Shown: positions 20,127-26,714 of the stretch, piece by piece
Layout: the number at the start of each line of letters is the position of its first letter
How positions within the stretch are numbered: the stretch's first letter is position 1
DNA from: a virus
Taxonomy: Duplodnaviria; Caudoviricetes
Strand: one strand, 5' to 3'
IMG/VR virus record: IMGVR_UViG_3300027704_000032
Location: 1 to 52,116 of that record
DNA: 52,116 bases
Position numbers and translations under genes: made by a program
The notes under the pieces: generated by a model
What the model was told of the DNA's origin: nothing
The model's input: only the letters and a program-made list of their open reading frames with translations
Database searches by the model: none

Positions 20127-20294
20127 TTATTCTACCTCCAAATATATACAAGCAATCTTAATGTTTGTGCTTGTCTTCATAACCTTTGCTGATTTCGATG
20201 CTACAACACATTTATGAGAGCTATCATAGGAACCCAACTGAAAGTGTTCAACCCCCAACCCAGTCACTAATTTCAACCATACTAATACCCACAT
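20127..20294 (-). CDS. Small hypothetical protein with hydrophobic N-terminus (55 aa, not in ORF track)
   Basis: ATG with AAGGAG RBS; MWVLVWLKLVTGLGVEHFQLGSY...CIYLEVE. Confidence 0.6.
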   Translation of the reverse strand: MWVLVWLKLVTGLGVEHFQLGSYDSSHKCVVASKSAKVMKTSTNIKIACIYLEVE

Positions 20295-20318
20295 AATTTA
20301 ATCTCCTTCCATTATATT

Positions 20319-20366
20319 TTATAACTTACTTAGCCAATGTGTGCAATCGTCGTGTGGATCATCCAT
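20319..20366 (-). CDS. 15-aa sORF MDDPHDDCTHWLSKL
   Basis: AAGGAG RBS directly after the tRNA CCA end, then ATG; stops just before the next RBS. Confidence 0.4.
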   Translation of the reverse strand: MDDPHDDCTHWLSKL

Positions 20367-20378
20367 TAGATTTCTCCT

Positions 20379-20455
<77 letters not shown>

Positions 20456-20456
20456 G

Positions 20457-20535
20457 TACTTAAAGTATTACCTTAAGTAATATATTATTTATATATTATA
20501 ATAAGATTAAAATACTTTAAGTAATACTATAAGTA
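20457..20535. repeat. Origin-like element A: two pairs of TACTTWAAGTA-type 11-bp dyads flanking an AT core
   Basis: Dyads at 20457, 20469, 20513 and 20525, with an almost pure A/T stretch at 20480-20512. Confidence 0.6.
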
Positions 20536-20536
20536 T

Positions 20537-20568
20537 ATTATATAGGGGAGCTTGGACATTCTGTCAAG
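20537..20568 (-). promoter_or_regulatory. Sigma70 promoter driving tRNA and replication genes
   Basis: Minus strand CTTGAC-N17-CTATAT (then AAT), matching the alphaproteobacterial RpoD consensus. Confidence 0.8.
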
Positions 20569-20580
20569 TGCGACATATTG

Positions 20581-21531
20581 TCAGAAGTATTTGTATACAT
20601 CACCGTCATTAAAATAATCCCCATAGTATTTGCTGTCGTCAATACCTGCCTCCTCCATTAGTGCATAATACTTGACACCCCATCCATCAAGTAGCTCGGC
20701 TACCTTGTGGGGGTGATCTTGTATCATTGTCTTGATTGCTTCTATGTTGTCCTCATCAGAGCTACTACCACTGTTACGCCAGTCACCCCATGTGTCCTCA
20801 ATCACAGCAGGGTCACGTCTGAACAACAACATATCCCAATCAGCATTGACAAGAGAGTCACATAAAAACTCTGCATATACAAGGTCTTGTGTCTCATTGA
20901 CACCGTGCTGCCCATAGTAACCAACACTGATGTTAGTACACTCAGACACTACAGAGGCATACTCGTTGCTATCAGTGTATGAGCCACCATCATCAGCAAC
21001 TAACTGTGACATGTACAGTGCATCAGCAAATGACATAGCAAATTCTTCTGAGGCTGTACGTAAGCCCATCTGGTGTGTGATGACTGACTTATCACCGAAC
21101 CTGTCGAAGGATATCACAGCGTCTATATGACGCAACCATTCTGGATCATCAGCTACCAATGCACGGCTACCCTTACAGCCTACCTCCTCAGCAGCATGTA
21201 TAACATACACACCCTTGACCTCAGCCTCAATCATATTCATGATTAGCCAGATACCAGTGGTACAATCAGCACCTAGGCAGCTGGATGTTGTAGCATCTGC
21301 GACTGATACTATGTCATTAACGACAAGGACATTCTGCATACCCTCAAGTCTATGCACCGTGTCGTGATGTGCAGTGAAGCACAGGTTAGGATTGTCACCC
21401 ACTGACAGTATGTAGTTACCGTGTATGTCAGGTAATCCAAAGGTAGGTTCGAGAAACCTCTGACAAAATTCTTTCTGCGTTTGGCTACCCTCTGGGCGCT
21501 TGTATCGCAGCATTTCTATTAGACTATACAT
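20581..21531 (-). CDS. M28/M20-like zinc peptidase
   Basis: AHHDTVH, LGAD, AEEVG, SFDR, YTD and NISVGY..QH metal-binding pattern; start moved to MYSLIE (TAATG overlap). Confidence 0.75.
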   Translation of the reverse strand: MYSLIEMLRYKRPEGSQTQKEFCQRFLEPTFGLPDIHGNYILSVGDNPNLCFTAHHDTVHRLEGMQNVLVVNDIVSVADATTSSCLGADCTTGIWLIMNMIEAEVKGVYVIHAAEEVGCKGSRALVADDPEWLRHIDAVISFDRFGDKSVITHQMGLRTASEEFAMSFADALYMSQLVADDGGSYTDSNEYASVVSECTNISVGYYGQHGVNETQDLVYAEFLCDSLVNADWDMLLFRRDPAVIEDTWGDWRNSGSSSDEDNIEAIKTMIQDHPHKVAELLDGWGVKYYALMEEAGIDDSKYYGDYFNDGDVYKYF

Positions 21532-23192
21532 TATATATCCATCTCTTCTTGTTTGTTTTCCCACAGGCAGTCATCATTCAACTCCCATATACCCTCGTCA
21601 TCATTAAGCTCTTGTCTGGATACTGTGTCACCATCAACCAAGGTACACATGGCAACTACAAGGTGTAGCTCACCATCCCAGTCAGATAGAAAGTAATCAC
21701 CTATATCATCAGGTGATATCCATTCATCGTCACCCTCACAGTATTGTACATCATCTATGTGCCAATGCTCACCATCACTGCACAGCACAAAGCAGTCACC
21801 TTGATTAGCTGCCCACTGAGACACCACTAGCTCTTCCTTGATACCTGTACGGTCAATCCTATATGCGGTAACAGCATCGTCATTGTGGTGTGACTCCTCT
21901 GAATACTCACAGTAGAAGTGTTCGTCGTGAAAGCAACTCTCGCAGAAGTCCTCCTCACAATGCTCAGACCACATACTTTCATGCTCATCTAAGCCATCAC
22001 CACAGCGAGCACAGTGATTTTCATACCCACCAAGTACACCACTGTAGTTGCTTGCATCTATGTCACCACAATCATCCTGTATGAGGTACTTACCATCATC
22101 GGTCAAACTTAGCATACGTGGCTCAGTGTCTAGGTAAGGTGCAATGTAACGGCCCTCTCCCTCACCACTAGCAGGTATGGCAAGCAGCCTAGCAGCACCC
22201 CAGTGAGGAGTGTCTGTCTCTGCATCCATCTCACCTAGGTGATCCTCTATCATGTCCAGTGCTTGCTCTGATACACCGTAGATAGGCCCAGCTTGAGGGC
22301 CAATACAGTCATCACCTGTGTAAACCACACATCGGCCAGCAACTAGACCCTTCTGATCTAAGGCTGTGACTACGGTGAAGTCACCACTTGCATACGCCTC
22401 AGCTGGGTGACAGTCAAGGTGATCGAAGTCATACCGCATACAACTGGATGAAGAGGACTTACGATTGTGTGTGGTGCTGATGTTCTCCATCGGTGATTGA
22501 GTACCACCATAGGCCAGCTTGAATGCAGCCCTATCCTTGGCGACAGAGATAGTCATTGTCCTAGGTACAAATTCCTTAAGGAAATCATCTACTAACAGTA
22601 TGACCTGCTTGTGCTCCAACTCAGGGAACATGGTAGAGATAGCACGACCGGGCTTCATCACTGTATGCCTGTCATCCATCCTCATGTCAAGTGACTTGTA
22701 TATACTCATGCTACCATACTTGAGCTTAGACCTGATAGGCTGGAAGGCAGTGAGCCTACGCTGCCACTTGAATACACTGGTCGGAAAGCAGTCAGACCTA
22801 GCCTCAGCATGCCTACGTTTGGTCAAGCCGCCTAGCACTTTACCATCAGATGTATTATAGTGTTCGTAAAAGTAGGTTGTAAACCACTTGAATAACCTCA
22901 CATCCTCAGTGGAGTAATCAGGTATACTATCGAAAGGCCCCCACTCCTTGAGTACAGGGTCAGCCTCACCTTCATCTTTAAGGGTAACACGCTTGACTAC
23001 AAAGCCTGCTTCCTTAGGTAGATGTACCCACCACTTAGTCTTATTGTCTAGCTGGATGTACCCACCTATTAGATTACCATCCATTACGACATGACATTCA
23101 CTGTCGACATCATAGGACTTGTACTGCGTAACAGCCTCAGCCCCGCTGCCAATTATGCTATCTATATTGACAGCAACTAAAGAGTATTGCAT
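21531..23192 (-). CDS. Large early protein with SCM/GR/IYG/PYLD core and C-terminal Cys/acidic zinc-finger-like repeats
   Basis: 553 aa from MQYSL (GGAGG RBS); KPGR, SSCM, AGRCVV, PYLD; CARC, C...FC..C and further Cys repeats. Confidence 0.65.
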   Translation of the reverse strand: MQYSLVAVNIDSIIGSGAEAVTQYKSYDVDSECHVVMDGNLIGGYIQLDNKTKWWVHLPKEAGFVVKRVTLKDEGEADPVLKEWGPFDSIPDYSTEDVRLFKWFTTYFYEHYNTSDGKVLGGLTKRRHAEARSDCFPTSVFKWQRRLTAFQPIRSKLKYGSMSIYKSLDMRMDDRHTVMKPGRAISTMFPELEHKQVILLVDDFLKEFVPRTMTISVAKDRAAFKLAYGGTQSPMENISTTHNRKSSSSSCMRYDFDHLDCHPAEAYASGDFTVVTALDQKGLVAGRCVVYTGDDCIGPQAGPIYGVSEQALDMIEDHLGEMDAETDTPHWGAARLLAIPASGEGEGRYIAPYLDTEPRMLSLTDDGKYLIQDDCGDIDASNYSGVLGGYENHCARCGDGLDEHESMWSEHCEEDFCESCFHDEHFYCEYSEESHHNDDAVTAYRIDRTGIKEELVVSQWAANQGDCFVLCSDGEHWHIDDVQYCEGDDEWISPDDIGDYFLSDWDGELHLVVAMCTLVDGDTVSRQELNDDEGIWELNDDCLWENKQEEMDI

Positions 23193-23202
23193 TTTATATC
23201 CT

Positions 23203-23237
23203 CCAAAAGAATTGCCCCACACAATTAGCATGGGGCT
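23203..23237 (-). terminator. Possible intrinsic terminator in the early region
   Basis: Minus strand GCCCCATGC-TAATT-GTGTGGGGC followed by AATTCTTTT. Confidence 0.5.
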
Positions 23238-23242
23238 ATTGA

Positions 23243-23644
23243 TTAGGCATCAATGATACCTACCTTGTGTTCAGTGACAGTGATTGTCTTGAAGGTGTCA
23301 CCTACCTTCAGTTGCTTACGCACCTTAGCAAACTCAGTAGTAGACATCACCTTGCCATTCATGATGTAACCTCCACGCTTGACCAAGATGTTGAACCTAC
23401 CCTTAGCGATAGGCTTCACCACCTTAGCACGATCAAGGTTAGGGTTACGGGCTGCTGACTTAGGCAAGAAGCCAAGACGCTTGTAAGCCTTGGACATTGC
23501 ACCAGTACTCATGTCGATATTAAAGTGAGCCATTGTATCAGGTGCAGTATGATTGCTGTAATACTCACAGATTTCTAACCACTTTGCAGCAGTGAGGTTT
23601 AGTTTGATGCCTTGCTTACGAGTTGTTGTTGTAGTATTAGCCAT
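23243..23644 (-). CDS. Basic early protein, possible DNA-binding
   Basis: 133 aa, Lys/Arg-rich, GAGGAG RBS. Confidence 0.65.
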   Translation of the reverse strand: MANTTTTTRKQGIKLNLTAAKWLEICEYYSNHTAPDTMAHFNIDMSTGAMSKAYKRLGFLPKSAARNPNLDRAKVVKPIAKGRFNILVKRGGYIMNGKVMSTTEFAKVRKQLKVGDTFKTITVTEHKVGIIDA

Positions 23645-23722
23645 GATTTTATCTCCTCAGATAAGTTATAAGATACCCCAATGGTATCACGCTAAGCACT
23701 CCTCCAAGTGCCTAGTCTGATA

Positions 23723-23854
23723 CTATCGTATGGTTACGTTAGTTATACCTTTCTCCTTTAGGGCTATCAGTAGCCCCTCTATGCCACTCTCAGACATGGT
23801 GCAGTGTAACACATCATCTATGTACACCTTCACAGTCCTGCTATCATACTTCAT
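23723..23854 (-). CDS. Small early protein (43 aa, not in ORF track)
   Basis: MKYDSRTVKVYIDDVLHCTM...NVTIR, overlapping the upstream gene end. Confidence 0.5.
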   Translation of the reverse strand: MKYDSRTVKVYIDDVLHCTMSESGIEGLLIALKEKGITNVTIR

Positions 23855-24053
23855 TTCTAATCATCCTGTGTACAAACATCGTTACATCTTTAGACACACC
23901 ATCACTACCAGATATTTCCAATTCCATATCGGTGTGACCAAAGTCCTCATCCTCTAACACATAGTGTTGCACACAGGCATGCAGGCTGTTGCCCTGCACA
24001 TCCACCATGTTTGCACCATACTCAGTCTCATACCATCCAGTTAAACGTAACAT
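23844..24053 (-). CDS. Small early hypothetical protein
   Basis: 69 aa, GGAGG RBS. Confidence 0.6.
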   Translation of the reverse strand: MLRLTGWYETEYGANMVDVQGNSLHACVQHYVLEDEDFGHTDMELEISGSDGVSKDVTMFVHRMIRNEV

Positions 24054-24065
24054 TATATTCCTCCA

Positions 24066-24206
24066 TTACATTACACACAGTGAGGCACCGTATATTTTAC
24101 CACACCAAAAGAACAACCCACATCCTACGACAAAGCACATCAGCACATTCACTGCCATGTACACCCTTTCGGATTGCTGCACTTGTTTATGTTCAAGTCT
24201 ATTCAT
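24066..24206 (-). CDS. Small early membrane protein (46 aa, not in ORF track)
   Basis: ATGA overlap with the upstream gene; MNRLEHKQ...VNVLMCFVVGCGLFFWCG hydrophobic segment. Confidence 0.55.
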   Translation of the reverse strand: MNRLEHKQVQQSERVYMAVNVLMCFVVGCGLFFWCGKIYGASLCVM

Positions 24207-24412
24207 CCTGCCACTACCTTCCATTCAAGATTAAATACACTAGGGAAAAAGTTATTCACCCTACCAGTTGAAGCCTCATGCCTTGGTATCTCAGCACTAT
24301 CAAGCACAGCTACATCACCACGAAAGTCAGTGAGGGTATCACCCCTAGTCACAGGGTTGCCACCACTATCCACGAGCATCCACATACGCCCATTACTATC
24401 TACTCTAGTCAT
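24203..24412 (-). CDS. Small early hypothetical protein
   Basis: Start moved to MTRVDS (AGGAG RBS); GD...DFRG and STGRV..F.SVF motifs. Confidence 0.6.
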   Translation of the reverse strand: MTRVDSNGRMWMLVDSGGNPVTRGDTLTDFRGDVAVLDSAEIPRHEASTGRVNNFFPSVFNLEWKVVAG

Positions 24413-24499
24413 ATCAATTTCTCCTTTGTTAGATATGCACAAGAAAACACCCCACGCTTTCACATAGGGTGTTGTTCTACTGTATATCTGTGTCGGTAT

Positions 24500-25030
24500 T
24501 TATGCAGCAACTTTCAAGCCTGTGCGTTGGGCCTGCAACGCTGCGATCATCACCTCAAGTTGATCAGGATTAGTTTTCAACTGACGTTCTGCCCACACCA
24601 TTGCATCAAATTCTTTTGGTGCTGCCTCAGGCTTAGGGAAAGCACTGTCAAATTTATCATCTTTGATAGTGCACTTGACAATGCATAGCTGCTCAATCGC
24701 AGCAATGGCATTCAGTACCAACACCTGATCAACCTCACCATCAATATCGACAGCGCACTTGCCGTCTTTGAAAATCAATTTGACGTTAGGCAATGCCACC
24801 GCAAGTATGCGCTTCAAAGGTGCAGCGAACCGCTTGCCAGTAGCATCAGCTTTATTCTTGCCGAATTTCTTGCCGTTCACATAGGCCGCCATACGATACA
24901 AAGGCAAGTTATTTTTATCAGCAAAACATTCAAGCACTTGCTTACTTGACTTGAAAAACCCAAGCTCAGCACCACGAGAATTAGATACAAATTTCTCGAC
25001 ATGATTAGTTTCAACATTTTTAATAGACAT
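24500..25030 (-). CDS. First early gene, hypothetical
   Basis: Start moved to MSIKNV (GGAGA RBS); the upstream extension in the ORF track runs through a hairpin. Confidence 0.65.
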   Translation of the reverse strand: MSIKNVETNHVEKFVSNSRGAELGFFKSSKQVLECFADKNNLPLYRMAAYVNGKKFGKNKADATGKRFAAPLKRILAVALPNVKLIFKDGKCAVDIDGEVDQVLVLNAIAAIEQLCIVKCTIKDDKFDSAFPKPEAAPKEFDAMVWAERQLKTNPDQLEVMIAALQAQRTGLKVAA

Positions 25031-25382
25031 AGCATTTCTCCATTTTTTTGCCATACAACAAAACACACCACACCATGCGATGTGCTTTGCATGTTGGCAC
25101 ATGCAGCCCCTCACCATACAATCCCCCTTGATATATCTAAAGGGTAGCTTTCGCAGGACACACCAACTTGCACATAGACTACCACCTATATGATGGGCGC
25201 ATGTGTTTTGGTGTTTATATCTGAATTTCTAGGGCCGCTTTTTGTTTTAAAGTTGTCACCCACGGGGACGATATCGAACCCGCTTGCAATATTTTTACCA
25301 CCTCAATCAAGATATGCTGATCTGATTTTCCTATAATCGGAGTTGTCAATTCCTAAGGCCAGATTGAGGCTACTATTCAAAA

Positions 25383-25394
25383 TGTCAAATAACG
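25383..25394 (-). promoter_or_regulatory. boxA-like antitermination signal
   Basis: Minus strand CGTTATTTGACA(TT) resembles rrn/lambda boxA (GCTCTTTAACA; GYTCTTTGACA in alphaproteobacteria); upstream of all early genes. Confidence 0.55.
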
Positions 25395-25518
25395 GTGGGT
25401 CACTGCCCTAGGCTGAACCGAATCAATCTGGTGAACTAAGCCCCGTCAAATTCGATGAACAATCAATAGCACCAACAAATCAGATTGAAACCCCATTGAA
25501 AACATTGAATAAAATTTA

Positions 25519-25531
25519 AATCAATAAATTA
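25519..25531 (+). promoter_or_regulatory. IHF consensus site
   Basis: AATCAATAAATTA = WATCAANNNNTTR with an A-rich upstream flank. Confidence 0.45.
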
Positions 25532-25564
25532 TTATCTAATAAAAACAGATAGATAAATGATTTG

Positions 25565-25954
25565 TTGCGAATGGTTCTCAAGTAAAAAAGTGATAGTTGT
25601 TACAATACTGAAACATTTCGTGATCTATGAGAACAAAACGAGAACCTATTATATATTATATAGTATAAGGGAATTTTTTACCAAATGGTCAAGAATACAG
25701 TGAACGAATAGGGAACAAAGGTTTTGAGGTACCAAAGCCCCACAATATTCCTTTCGTTGCTGCATGGGGCTAAAATCAGGCTCTCTGTCGTGTTCACTGT
25801 ATGTTCTACTACCTGTTCACGGTATGTTCTACTCAGGGTGGATAGGTCAGTATCACTTACCTATTACTCAGGGTGAGGGGGGATAGGTCAGTAGAGCTGA
25901 CGTATTGGGGGGATGTGTTTTATTTCTTACTTCCCTCTTGCGAATGACTCGCAA
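25565..25954. promoter_or_regulatory. Two Fur/Mur-like boxes (25565-25581, 25938-25954)
   Basis: TTGCGAATGGTTCTCAA and TTGCGAATGACTCGCAA, 17-bp dyads. Confidence 0.5.
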
Positions 25955-26062
25955 TCTCACAGAATTGTAAACAAACCGTGAACATGCCCCAATAATAGTG
26001 TTACATTGTGCATAATATTGTGTAATAACAGCAGTTTAACTGTGAGTGTTCCCCTTTTGTTC
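25631..26062. promoter_or_regulatory. Array of alphaproteobacterial LexA (SOS) boxes
   Basis: GAAC-N7-GAAC at 25631 and 25702; GTTC-N7-GTTC at 25792, 25815 and 26048; one-mismatch AAAC-N7-GAAC at 25969. Confidence 0.8.
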
Positions 26063-26086
26063 TATAGGTCAGTGTTATTGACCCAT
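25842..26086. repeat. Three copies of a 23-bp dyad ATAGGTCAGT-N3-RYTKACSYAT
   Basis: 25842-25864, 25883-25905 and 26064-26086; identical left arms, near-complementary right arms. Confidence 0.7.
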
Positions 26087-26156
26087 TGACTACCCCCCGC
26101 ATGGGCCACCCCACCCTCCCCCGTATGCGTATACACACAATGACAGCGGGGAGTAT

Positions 26157-26182
26157 TTTACAATCTGTTAACCACATGTTAA
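26157..26182. promoter_or_regulatory. CtrA box
   Basis: TTAA-CCACATG-TTAA at 26168-26182 (TTAA-N7-TTAAC on the minus strand), plus an in-phase TTTA half site at 26157. Confidence 0.55.
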
Positions 26183-26484
26183 TACAACCCCATATGAGTA
26201 TTACTCAGAGTAAAACTTGTTTCCTACTAGTAATATTTGACCATTTGGTAAAATTTCTAGTTATTATACCTCAATTATGTTATAATAATATTAGATCCGT
26301 AGAATCACGGTAATACACTCAGGGTATGTCGGCTTATTAAAACTAATTACCCCCACTCAGAGGGCCTCTCTGTAGCTCTCAGAGCATACTGGGGGTAAAT
26401 CGGGGGTGTTATGAGTGATACGACAGACACAGCTGGGGGTAGGTCGATAAAATAATAATAATTAATATTTATTTTTATCTGCCC

Positions 26485-26515
26485 CTTGACATCGGCGCTC
26501 AGAGTGCTATATAAT
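26485..26515 (+). promoter_or_regulatory. Sigma70 promoter (rightward)
   Basis: CTTGAC-N16-CTATAT(AAT), AT-rich UP-like tract upstream. Confidence 0.75.
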
Positions 26516-26640
26516 ACTTATAGTATATACTTTAAGTAACTCTGAGTGTACTTAAAGTATTACCTCTAGTATTTATTATTTTTATAATATATAATTAATA
26601 CATATTTAAAGTAATACTTAAAGTAATACTTAAAGTACCC
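26515..26640. repeat. Origin-like element B: seven TACTTWAAGTA-type dyads flanking an AT core
   Basis: Dyads at 26515, 26528, 26549, 26561, then 26603, 26615, 26627; AT core 26572-26602; an inverted paralogue of element A. Confidence 0.6.
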
Positions 26641-26681
26641 CTTTTAGATGTACAATTTTTTTGTCGTAGGTCTAAAAAGAC

Positions 26682-26710
26682 TTGACCTCAAAAGATTTAA
26701 AGGTATAACT
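26682..26710 (+). promoter_or_regulatory. Promoter for the late arm
   Basis: TTGACC-N16-TATAACT just upstream of the ATG at 26715 (probably near-leaderless). Confidence 0.65.
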
Positions 26711-26714
26711 AGTA

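Larger units (their letters stand above)
25677..26252. promoter_or_regulatory. Two RutR-like (TetR family) boxes in inverted orientation (25677-25692, 26237-26252)
   Basis: TTTACCAAATGGTCAA and TTGACCATTTGGTAAA are exact reverse complements, one mismatch from TTGACCAnnTGGTCAA. Confidence 0.55.
25831..26547. repeat. Dispersed CTCAGRG short repeats (8 copies)
   Basis: Copies at about 25831, 25866, 26203, 26317, 26355, 26377, 26497 (+) and 26540 (-). Confidence 0.6.

Noticed and set aside
25790-25905. Short direct repeats as a CRISPR array
   Set aside because: Units are of several different types with no constant repeat-spacer period; no cas operon. The Cas4-like gene is an ordinary phage exonuclease.
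26086-26313. 75-aa ORF in the ORF track
   Set aside because: TTG start without RBS, runs through the C-tract and operator motifs, no protein-like features.
26484-26510. CIRCE (HrcA) element
   Set aside because: Only the right half GAGTGCTA is present; no TTAGCACTC-like left half at 9-bp spacing.
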